From Phoronis australis (Eukaryota > Animalia > Phoronida): a stretch of 64,000 bases of DNA. Position numbers and translations under genes: made by a program. The notes beneath the pieces are model-generated. The model ran no database searches, was not told the origin of the DNA, and was given only the letters and a program-made list of their open reading frames with translations. Positions 37,470-48,530 of the stretch are shown here, one piece after another. Location of the stretch: positions 1,047,874 to 1,111,873 of the forward strand of contig NMRA01000016.1 in NCBI GenBank assembly GCA_002633005.1. Reading direction: 5' to 3'. Numbering within the stretch: position 1 is the stretch's first letter; the number at the start of each line of letters is the position of its first letter.

Positions 37470-38452
37470 AGCTTTGAAGACATCAACTCTGGGCCAATCG
37501 TTTTATCATCCCAACTGGTTAACTGTACCGCAACCGTCGGGAAGGCAAGAAACAATGTACTCCAAAGTTAAAACAAAATTATTTTTTTACAATTCTTAGC
37601 AAAATGTTCAAGTTGCGTGACCTAACAGGTGTTTTTATGAACTAGGTTTTAATATTTTCATGCCTTAAGATGTTCAATCGTTAATTGGTCGATGAACGTG
37701 TTATATATAATAAGAATATACTGTTTTGTTTGTTATTTATTTGGTTATAACAACTGATTTACAGTATTATAGTAACGCAACAGTCTCAAAGGCAGACAAT
37801 TAAGTTCTTCTATGTTAAAACAGTATTATTTTTTAGTGCCCAGCAAAATACGTATTGTTTTGAGAAATTAACATATGTTTTTCTTGTACCGTATTTTGCT
37901 CTTTGTACATACGTCATATGTTTCGTTAACATAATTTTCATTTATTGTTTGTTCGATGAACGTGTTAATTGTTATTGAGATTTACTGTATTTACTTTGTT
38001 TGTTATTCATTACTTCAATGTCGTAACCGTCGTAAAGGCAGACAATAAAGTACTTTGGTGTTGAGGAAAATACGTAGTGTTTTGAGAACCTAACATTTTG
38101 TTTTTCGTTTTGCGTTTCGTTTTTTACCTGCGTGTTGTTGTTCGTTGGATGATGTTCAATCGTTACTTGTTTGATAAACATGTTAATTGTTATTCCAATT
38201 TACTGTAAGTGTTTTGCTTGTTTTTCTGGCAAGTGTTGAAAATAGTTTTTTCCATTATGTTGGCTTCACTTGAAATTGTGTTCGTTAGGACTTTTTGCTT
38301 GATGGTTTCTTGTACTTTGCTGTTGATGATATTCCTTCAAGCGTTGCACGCACTGCTCTGTTTAACGTTGAAATAAAACTTTATGGAAACATCATTTTTC
38401 ATAGTGATTTTGCGAAGCTCCAGATTTCAAGAAGACATTCCATATGATATCC

Positions 38453-40090
38453 GGATAAATATAGATTATTTCATGGCGAAGTCGCTATCCCCCGTATTCT
38501 AGAGCCCGAGTGGATTTTGGGGCGATAATTCTCCAAAATCCACGAGGGCTCTAGAAAACGAGGATAACGACTGAGAACATGAAATAATCTATTTATAGCA
38601 TATACTGAACGAGAAACATTGCAATGAATCGATCTACCTTTGTCGACTCGCTTCGGCTTTGTAGCTACTTTCCATGTCAGAGGCCCGGGGTCGGAGTTCG
38701 TGACCTTTTAAGAAAAGCCGAGTTATTTTGGTCAAATAATGCTTTTACTCAAAATCTATTGAAAATTTAAACAAAATAGAAATAGAATGAATCTATAAAT
38801 TAAGGTTTAGCAATTATTATAGCTTAACTACATATTTTATCACGTCAAACTTCGACCGGGAAAATATCGCCTGCTAAAGTAGGTTACCACTGGCAGCTAA
38901 GTATAATGCTCAAGCCAAAGGATCCTGACCACACGATATCCGCATTCAAAATGGAGATCGGTGACTTACAAGTGAGAGAACATGAGAGAAAAGTTTCAAT
39001 GAATTAAAATATCGTTTTTATGGAAATTATGCGTCTTATTTTTCATAGCGGTTGGTACAATGCCCTTTGTTGAACATGCGATTGTTGCGCGTGCTCATTT
39101 ATGTATTCTATTTTCACGTTCGATGACGTCAGCCGCTGAGTTGTGTAGTGGTAAAGTCGACGACTCGAAACTCTTGCGGCCCGTGTTCCAAATCGGCCTC
39201 GGTTCTCGCCAAAATGATATCTCACGAGTGAGATAACTAAATGGGTTATTACACGGTTTTATCGGCCATTCGAGGATAATGTTGTGTTATAATACATTGT
39301 ATACCACATACCGAGATAACATTTTGGCGGGAAACCGAGGCCGGATTCGAACCCGGACCAAAGATTTTATAGTATCTTTTCCCGGAACTCAAGAGTTTCT
39401 GGTCGCCGACTTTACCATTACACCACTCATCGGCTGACGTCACCAAGAGTGAAAATAGAAAACTTAAATGAGCATGCGCAACAATCCCATGTTCAACAAT
39501 CCGTATTGCACTCACATCTATACTATCTGAAAAATAAGACGCATAATTTCCATAAAAAAGATATCTTGATTCAGTGAAATTTTTCTCTCATGTTCTCACA
39601 CTTGTAAATCACTGATCTCCAATTTGAATGTGGGTATCGTGTCGTCGGGATCCTTTGACTTGAGAATTATACTCAGTTACCAATGGCAACCTACTTTAGC
39701 AGACGATGGTTTTCCGGCCGAAGCTTAGCGTGATAAAGTTTTTTAACCTATATTAGTTAGTAAACCTTAATTTATAAACTCACTTTATATCTATTTTGTT
39801 TAAATTTTCAATTGGTTTTGAGTAAAAGCATTATTTGACAAAAAATAGCTCGGGTTTTCTTAAAAGGTCACGACCTCCGACCCCGGGCCTCTGACATACT
39901 GTAGAAAGTAGTTACAAAGCCAAGGCGAGTCGAGAAAGGTAAATTGATTCATTGCAATGTTTCTCGTTTACTATGTGGTATAAATAGATTATTACATGTT
40001 TTCAGCCGTTATCCCCCTTATCTAGAGCCCGAAAGGCTCTAGATAACAGGGGATAACGACTTCGCTGTGTAATATTCCATTTTCATGTAA
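38453..40090. mobile_element. Large imperfect palindromic (foldback) non-autonomous element; each arm carries a tRNA-like cassette
   Basis: Left arm 38453-39305 is a diverged reverse complement of 39310-40090; sub-terminal TCTAGAGCCC..GGGCTCTAGA hairpins. Confidence 0.8.
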
Positions 40091-40122
40091 CGAAGATACA
40101 TACATCCATTGAGCTATAACTN

Positions 40123-41432
40123 TTTATCACGCCAAACTTCGACCGGGAAAATATCGCCTCCTAAAGTAGGTTACCTCTGGCAGCAGAAAAGTATAATGCT
40201 CAAGCCAAAGGATCCTGGCCACACGATATCCGCATTCAAGATGGAGATCGGTGATTTACAAGTGAGAGAACATGAGAGAAAAATTTCAATGAATTAAAAT
40301 ATCGTTTTTATGGAAATTATGCGTCTTATTTTTCACAGCGGTTGGTACAATGCCCTTGTTGAACATACGATTGTTGCGCGTGCTCATTTATGTATTCTAT
40401 TTTCACGTTCGATGACGTCAGCCGCTGAGTTGTGTAGTGGTAAAGTCGACGACTCGAAACTCTTGCGGCCGTGTTCGAAACCGGCCTCGGTTCCCGCCAA
40501 AATGATATCTCACTAGTGAGATAACTAAATGGGTTATTACACGGTTGTATTGGCCATTCGAGGATAATGTTGTGTTATAATACATTGTACATGTATACCA
40601 CAATATTAACCTCGAATGGCAAATACAACCGTATAATAACCCATATAGTTATCTCACAAGCGAGATAACATTTTGGCGGGAAACCGTGGCCGGATTCGAA
40701 CCCGGACCAAAGATTTTATAGTATCTTTTCCCGGAACTCAAGAGTTTCTGGTCGCCAACTTTACCATTACACCACTCATCGGCTGACGTCACCAAGAGTG
40801 AAAATAGAAAACTTAAATGAGCATGCGTAACAATCCCATGTTCAACAATCCGCATTGCACTTACATCTATACTCTGTGAAAAATAAGACGCATAATTTCC
40901 ATAAAAACGATATCTTGATTCAGTGAAATTTTTCTCTCATGTTCTCACACTTGTAAATCACTGATCTCCAATTTGAATGTGGGTATCGTGTCGTCGGGAT
41001 CCTTTGACTTGAGAATTATACTCAGTTACCAATGGTAACCTACTTTAGCAGACGATAGTTTCCCGGCCGAAGCTTAGCGTGATAAAATGTTTTTTAACCT
41101 ATTTTAGTTAGTAAACCTTAATTTATAAACTCGCTTTATATCTATTTTGTTTAAATTTTCAATTCTTTTTGAGTAAAAGCATTATTTGACAAAAATAGCT
41201 CGGCTTTTCTTAAAACGGGTCACGACCTCCGACCCGGGCCTCTGACATAAAAAGTAGTTACAAAGCCAAGGCAAGTCGAGAAAGGTAAATTGATTGATTG
41301 CAATGTTTTTCGTTTAGTATGTGGTATAAATAGATTATTACATGTTCTCAGCCGTTATCCCCCTTATCTAGAGCCACTCGGGCTCTAGATAACGGGATAA
41401 CGACTTCGCTATGTAATAATCTATTTTCATGT
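40123..41432. mobile_element. Second copy of the foldback element, starting at an n join
   Basis: Nearly identical to 38837-40120 but with a complete central palindrome (40518-40660). Confidence 0.8.
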
Positions 41433-42401
41433 AACGAAGATACAATGTACATACAACCATTGAGCTATAACTGTCGTAGCTCATTGATACAAGGAAGCTT
41501 CTCTCTGAGTGTGTGCAAGTTCAGATGACGAACACGTTCGCATAATGAAAGCCTTTGCCTAGTCACCTCCACCTTGTCTGCACAACCTATCAAAGATTGA
41601 TCAAGTTGCGGTAGACCTAAACATTCGAAATGAACATGTCGGGAATGCTTTCTGGTGTATATTTCGATTTGACGTCTCATCACTAATTGTAGTCGGTCTC
41701 AAATATACGCGCCGACCAAAAATCTTATTCAAAGTTGATCATACATTAACCCATGTTAGTGAAATTGCACGGATGATAACTTCCAAAAATGAACTGGGAA
41801 CTATGATTGTGCGTTTTTCACGGAATCGTCCACATTTCTACTTCTTCACTAGATTGTAAAATGTTCGCCGATGATTTCCCTGTTTAAAGTCACGTGTACC
41901 GCTAGTGCATGCAGCAAAATGTATGATGTTTTAGTCGTCTTTTTGTGAAAAACGCCACTTTCGAAAAAACTGTCACCAGCGCATGGTTTGTTTACGTGCA
42001 AACTGTCAATCGAACCAACGATCTGTAACTCCTGTACTATCGAATCTGTCTTGTTCTGTGTATCCAACGTCGTCCTTCGTTTTACTATAATCACAAATTC
42101 CCGCCAGGGATATTTACATCTACTTGTCTTCAAGACAGAATCAAACTATCCCCAATTTTTTATAATAACCGTGGTATCGCTTCAAAGGTCTTTTTGCCTA
42201 TCAATGTACATTTCAAAAATGACAATTTGCTGAAAATGCATGAACGAGTAACCATGACAATGCCAAAGTGTTATGAATCACGTGGATGAATTTGATTCGG
42301 TTCCTAGTTTCTGAAAATACTTTTTTGACAATTGCTAGTTATGTAAAGACAACACCTTTTAATTAAAGCTAGTTTTGACAAGTGACTACATTGTGGGCAG
42401 T

Positions 42402-42547
42402 GTGCAGGCCCAAATTGTCACAACATCCCAAACTGTCACAACTTCAAAATTGTCTCAATTTTTGCTTGTGACAATTTGGGCCTGCAAAAATTGAGACAAT
42501 TTTGAAGTTGTGACAATTTGGAATGTTGTGACAATTTGGGCCTGCAC
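42402..42547. mobile_element. Short hairpin MITE
   Basis: GTGCAGGCCCAAATTGTCACAAC... / ...GTTGTGACAATTTGGGCCTGCAC; nearly fully palindromic. Confidence 0.8.
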
Positions 42548-42701
42548 TGTAGTAATGTCGGATGTGTCGGGAGAGTCTAGCTTAGCCAAAAATGGATAAA
42601 AGCATTGTTTTATTTAAAACTGATATGTACCTGATGTTGCAACGGTAGTAATTCACGTCAACGGTCACCATGCAGATTCAAGCGTGTGCATGCAAAGACG
42701 A

Positions 42702-43000
42702 TTAAAGCTGGATTGTACAGAATTTTCATATTCCAATACCAGGAGTGCAAGCCCATTCTTTAAGTGGCATAGAACACGAAAACACCAACATGTTTTACTG
42801 CCATTGAAACAAATCGAAGTGTTCACCAGTCATTTTTAATTTTTTTTTCACAAAGATTTTGAATTAACGTTGATATCAAAGCATTTTCTTAAGTTTCAGC
42901 TTTCTGTAAAAACGATCGTCACTTCGTCAAAATTTCTCTCACAAGGCAAAGCACGTCCTCTTATTTGGTATGGCAACTCAGACGGACATAGCACTCAATG
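42702..43000. mobile_element. Partial Kolobok-like element related to 51484-51978
   Basis: Starts TTAAAG; AAGATTTTGAATT...AAAACGATC..CGTCACTTCGT...GCAC block shared with 51596-51745. Confidence 0.5.
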
Positions 43001-43466
43001 AGCTATAATTTGTTTAATTAATTTATCTCATTGATAGCACATTTCGCTTATATGGAAAAGGCTTGCGAGTGTGGTATTGTCTGGGCAATACCTTATTAAA
43101 TATTTAAATTAGTCTTTTTCCAAGCTCATTTATTTGACGAAAAGATCATTTCAGATGAGTTTTTATGAAAATTTCAGGTCGCCAACTGGAACAGAATCAG
43201 AAACAGAAATGTTTAGTGTATGTAGGCCTTGGCCTCATAATACTGTTGACATTTCAACTTTACAATGATAAAATTTCAGCTCCTATAGCACAGTTGTTCT
43301 CAAAATATATAGTAGCACCAGGCGTTTTAGCTCACAAAGATCATGGCTTTGAAATCTGGCATCATCTGTGATATTCGTCAACAAATTTATGCGCACATCA
43401 CTAACAGGGGTACCGTAGAATCATACGCACGAGCACTGCATCTTACGCATGAACAACCTACGAACC

Positions 43467-45182
43467 ACTCGAACTAACTGGAAATATGATCAGGTCGACA
43501 CCGATAAACTGCGTCAGGATATCACCAACACTGACTGGGATTCGATATTGAACACTGGCGACATTGATGACACTGTTTCACTCTTCACTAGTACTTTGTA
43601 TGAAATCTTAAAAAACAACATCCCATCAACTGAAAAGATAATTAAACACAACAGCCAACCGTGGTTCAACAGTAATGTTAAACGGGCAATCCGCACAAGA
43701 AACAGACTTTACAGCTCTTTCAGAAGATCTAACAACACTATAATCTACAACAGATACNNNNNNNNNNNNNNNNNNNNNNNNNNNNNNNNNNNNNNNNNNN
43801 NNNNNNNNNNNNNNNNNNNNNNNNNNNNNNNNNNNNNNNNNNNNNNNNNNNNNNNNNNNNNNNNNNNNNNNNNNNNNNNNNNNNNNNNNNNNNNNNNNNN
43901 NNNNNNNNNNNNNNNNNNNNNNNNNNNNNNNNNNNNNNNNNNNNNNNNNNNNNNNNNNNNNNNNNNNNNNNNNNNNNNNNNNNNNNNNNNNNNNNNNNNN
44001 NNNNNNNNNNNNNNNNNNNNNNNNNNNNNNNNNNNNNNNNNNNNNNNNNNNNNNNNNNNNNNNNNNNNNNNNNNNNNNNNNNNNNNNNNNNNNNNNNNNN
44101 NNNNNNNNNNNNNNNNNNNNNNNNNNNNNNNNNNNNNNNNNNNNNNNNNNNNNNNNNNNNNNNNNNNNNNNNNNNNNNNNNNNNNNNNNNNNNNNNNNNN
44201 NNNNNNNNNNNNNNNNNNNNNNNNNNNNNNNNNNNNNNNNNNNNNNNNNNNNNNNNNNNNNNNNNNNNNNNNNNNNNNNNNNNNNNNNNNNNNNNNNNNN
44301 NNNNNNNNNNNNNNNNNNNNNNNNNNNNNNNNNNNNNNNNNNNNNNNNNNNNNNNNNNNNNNNNNNNNNNNNNNNNNNNNNNNNNNNNNNNNNNNNNNNN
44401 NNNNNNNNNNNNNNNNNNNNNNNNNNNNNNNNNNNNNNNNNNNNNNNNNNNNNNNNNNNNNNNNNNNNNNNNNNNNNNNNNNNNNNNNNNNNNNNNNNNN
44501 NNNNNNNNNNNNNNNNNNNNNNNNNNNNNNNNNNNNNNNNNNNNNNNNNNNNNNNNNNNNNNNNNNNNNNNNNNNNNNNNNNNNNNNNNNNNNNNNNNNN
44601 NNNNNNNNNNNNNNNNNNNNNNNNNNNNNNNNNNNNNNNNNNNNNNNNNNNNNNNNNNNNNNNNNNNNNNNNNNNNNNNNNNNNNNNNNNNNNNNNNNNN
44701 NNNNNNNNNNNNNNNNNNNNNNNNNNNNNNNNNNNNNNNNNNNNNNNNNNNTCGAATCCCTGAGAGACTCACTCTTTCGTGCACTCAATGATAACCAATC
44801 AATTGTTAACGCTCTCAATTCTTGTAATAATATCCCTACTAGAGTTACATTATTACTGAATGGTAGTCCTAACCTTGACTTTGTTCTCAACGAATTCCTC
44901 CTAAGCAGCGTTAGCAAATTTTTATGTACCGTTTATCAATATTTTTGCATCTTTCCATACACGAATCTGTAAATATTTTTGTTTTTATATATCTGTAATA
45001 GCATGTCTAAGTATTGGAATACTTATTTTAGATACTACTTAATTGTATATACCTCTATGTATATAAGTTTCATTTATGAATTGTTTACAACCCAGATATA
45101 ATGCTTTGCGGTTTCTGGGTTTGTTATTATTTCTTTGTATGTCCTGTGTATCCTTCAATAAATATATATCACAGTGAAAAAA
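43467..45182 (+). mobile_element. 5'-truncated non-LTR retrotransposon (CR1/L2-like ORF2) spanning an N gap
   Basis: WKYDQVDTDKLRQDITNTDWDSIL..IPS..QPWFNSNVKRAIRTRNRLY resembles the EN-RT linker; C-terminal LLLNG..FLLSSVSKFL; AATAAA and A tail; 15-bp TSD AACAACCTACGAACC at 43452-43466 and 45183-45197. Confidence 0.88.
43758..44751. other. Assembly gap (N run)
   Basis: ~994 N. Confidence 1.
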
Positions 45183-45646
45183 AACAACCTACGAACCTGT
45201 GAATTATGTATACGTACGTGTACGAACCCCAAACTAGTGCAACGAACAATAATAATGCGCCGCACGAACCACAAAAACCGCATACGCGAACACAATACGC
45301 ACAATGTGATCGTGTTTGTGAGTGATTCGATGCTCGCTATCGTATGAATGATTTAGTGTTCGTATATGATTCGCATGATTTTCGTTTGTGTTATTTTTGG
45401 GTTCGTATCAGTACATGATTCATGCATGGGTTCGTATGCATGGATTCATAGGAGATTCATGAATAAGATGCAATACTCGAGCGTATGATTTTATTTTTGG
45501 AACTCCTGACTCAGGACAGTGCAGTCATAAAATGAATCTCGTTTTCAACTTGACCAGCACTGCATATACCACTAACTCTCATCCTCGCTCAGACCTGCGT
45601 CAGTCGAAACAAGGATGTGATGTCCGATGGACGAAACGATTTGTGG

Positions 45647-46590
45647 AATAAATATAGATTATTACATGGCGAAGTCGTTATCCCCCGTTATCTAGAGCCC
45701 TCGTGGATTTTGTAGAATTATCAACCTCGGAACTAACGCCCCTCGGGCGATAATCATTCTCTAAAATCCACGTTAGCCCCGAGGGTGATAATTCTACAAA
45801 ATCCACGTGGGTTCTAGATAAGGGGGATAACGGCTGAGAACATGTAATAATTTATTTATACCACATACTAAACGAGAAACATTGCAATGAATCGATTTAC
45901 CTTTTCTGACTCTCCACTGCTTTGTACATGTACATGCATGTAACTACTTTCCATGTCAGAGGCCCGGGGTCGGAGTTCGTGACCTTTTAAGAAAAGCCGG
46001 GCTATTTTTGTCAAATAATGCTTTTACTCAAAACCAATTGAAAACTTAAATATAATAGAAATAAATTGAATTTATAAATTAAGGTTTACCAACTATTATA
46101 GCTTAAAACAGGTTTTTTTCACGCTAAGCTTCGACCGGAAAATTATCGTCTGCTAAAGTAGGTTACCACTGGTAACTGAATATAATTCTCAAGTCAAAGA
46201 TCCTGACGACACGATACCCCCATTCAAACTGGAGATCGGTGATTTACAAGTAAGAGGACATGAGAGAAAAAAATTCACTTAATTAAGATATCCTTTTTAT
46301 GGAAATTATGTGTCTTATTTTTCGTAACGTATAAGTACAGTACAATGCGGTTTGTTGAACATGCGATTATTGCGCGTGCTCATTTAAGTATTCTATTTTC
46401 ACTCTTGATGACGTCAGTCGCTGCATGGTGTAGTGGTAAAGTCGGTGACCATCAATTTCAGGGTCGAGGGTTCGACTCCGTCCTCGGTTTCCCGCCAAAT
46501 CGTTATCTCACTAGTGAGATAACTTTATGGGTTATTACACGGTTGTATCTGCCATTTGACGCTATAATTGTGGTATAATCTATTATTTAT
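45647..46590 (+). mobile_element. Single-arm copy of the foldback family with tRNA-like cassette (46417-46487)
   Basis: Colinear with 38453-39305; A box TGGTGTAGTGG, B box GGTTCGACTCC. Confidence 0.8.
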
Positions 46591-46772
46591 AGTCAATTGT
46601 TCGCAAGTCATGATAACTGATTCACACATGTGCACACAATGAGATACATGGCGTGCACATTCTTTCAGTCAGGTCATGAAAGGTTTGCACGTGGGGCGTC
46701 CTTTAACGTTGGCAAAAATAGTATTGTGAGATGCACGCGATTCAAATGCAATGAAATGACAACTTTCACTTC

Positions 46773-47594
46773 ATGTACAAAATGACTTTTGATTTGTGTC
46801 ACTTCAATGACAATTCAGTCCCAACAAATATAGTTAGTTTTCTAGCTGTATTATTATTTTTTACGTGCGAACGGGAAGTAGACGGTAGCCGTGCTACCAC
46901 AAGTGCCAAACTAAAGGATTCACCCAAAATCATCGATGTAAGGCAATCTAAGTACACTATACAGTTCAAAGCATCGTGGAGTGAACTCGACAACACGGCA
47001 ACAAAATCCCCAATCGGTTACTTACTACTCTTCAGGAAAAAGGGCGACGAAGAATGGAAAGAACTTCGCGTTTCTGCAGATCGTGAAGTCTGGGACATGC
47101 AAATGGAAACCCACTTTGGTGAGACCTACCAAGCTAAACTAAAAGCATTATTTGCCGAAATTTCTTTCAATGAGACTTCAAGTCCTGTTTTAGAATTTAA
47201 GGCGGCATACCTAGACGAACGCGGCGGCGAAGGCCTATTTCTGTGGATCATGGGTGCAGCAGCCCTCTTAATTCTGCCTCACGTGATCACGCTGATCTAC
47301 AGGCTTGCAAATAAGAAGGTTGTAGTTAAAGCAGTTAGCAGTGTGGCCGTAGGTGAAAACGTCAGCGACCTCTACGTTGCATTTCTGCCGGATTTCAGAG
47401 CGGAAACAAAAAATGCAGGTGGGAAAGAACTCGCGGAGTCTACAGAACCATGTAATATTGACACAAAACCTGAACCAGGACAAAATGATGTGACGAAAAA
47501 CAGTGCACTTGAAGCTAATATTGACACAAAACCTGAACCAGGACAAAATATGACGACAAACTATGCGCCTGAAGCTAAGGTGCATTACAGCTAA
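46773..47594 (+). CDS. Intronless type I membrane protein with one FN3-like domain
   Basis: 273-aa ORF: hydrophobic IVSFLAVLLFFTC; FN3 pattern (FKASWS..IGYLLLFRKKGDEEW..GETYQAKLKA..SSPV); TM LFLWIMGAAALLILPHVITLIY; tail with NIDTKPEPGQN twice. Start codon uncertain. Confidence 0.75.
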   Translation: MYKMTFDLCHFNDNSVPTNIVSFLAVLLFFTCEREVDGSRATTSAKLKDSPKIIDVRQSKYTIQFKASWSELDNTATKSPIGYLLLFRKKGDEEWKELRVSADREVWDMQMETHFGETYQAKLKALFAEISFNETSSPVLEFKAAYLDERGGEGLFLWIMGAAALLILPHVITLIYRLANKKVVVKAVSSVAVGENVSDLYVAFLPDFRAETKNAGGKELAESTEPCNIDTKPEPGQNDVTKNSALEANIDTKPEPGQNMTTNYAPEAKVHYS

Positions 47595-48400
47595 GAAAAC
47601 ACCAGTAGCAATATCACTGACCAACCAACACGGGAAAAATAGCGGCAACAGTCGGTTGCCTCTATAAAGAGTTCATGGTTACTGAAATCTTGTATTTTGT
47701 GAAAACTGGACCCGCCACCTTGTTATAAGTTCCGTATGAACATTGTCGGTGACCAGACGGCCGTCCACGTGACGAAGTAATCTTGGCCTATATAATTGTA
47801 CTGTACCACGAGACGCAGCAGTCCATGTTACCTATGGTACCCAAATGTACTATAGTCATTTGCAACAGCACACATTGATATGTCTGCGATGCAAAGCGCT
47901 GCATACCCACAGCTCTCCACCGCGCATGCCGGGCACCGCCACTAAGCGCAGAAAACGTAAAGGTCCGAGTCTGAATGTGAATTGGGAGACTGAATAAACC
48001 CTGGACCTGTATTGCCACTGCGCAAACCATCTGCATTACTATTAAAGGAACATTTCACCGCTGATTAGTTGCCGAACTGTTTTATTCTAAACCAAAGCAC
48101 TAAGTTGGGGTTGAAACATTACACTTTACCGATCCCGCTGAGTCGAAATCAGCCAACAAATCAATACACACGTGTCATTCTCAAATTCGCAATTTTAGGA
48201 TTGGCTGACCCACAAAAATGTTCAAGTACTTTCTGGAGTCACCCATGGCCTATATGTTTTTCCGGGTCAATGTAAGGGATATTATGGGCGGGACAAATCT
48301 TATGAACTGAAGTGGCTTGCTTATTTTTTGGCAGCTAAATATAAACCAGGCTAGTCATTGGTACAAGTACCCATACTTCTGCCGACAACCGTGACAATAA

Positions 48401-48530
48401 GCGGATCCAGGGGATAGTCACGGGTACGGACCACCAATTTTTACCCTTGATATCAAATCTAGAATTTTCAAATTGTTGACTTAAAAATCCTTGATCTGAC
48501 CACCCCCTTTTAAAAATTCTGGATCCACCC
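48401..48530. mobile_element. Short MITE with GGATCCAG-type ends
   Basis: GCGGATCCAG ... CTGGATCCAC. Confidence 0.5.

Larger units (their letters stand above)
43405..45508. mobile_element. MITE-like inverted-repeat element interrupted by a LINE
   Basis: AATCATACGCACGAGCACTGCATCTTACGCATGAA (left) vs TTCATGAATAAGATGCAATACTCGAGCGTATGATT (right). Confidence 0.65.

Noticed and set aside
43449-44972. 507/390/348-aa ORFs as host genes
   Set aside because: They are mostly N; the real portions belong to a LINE
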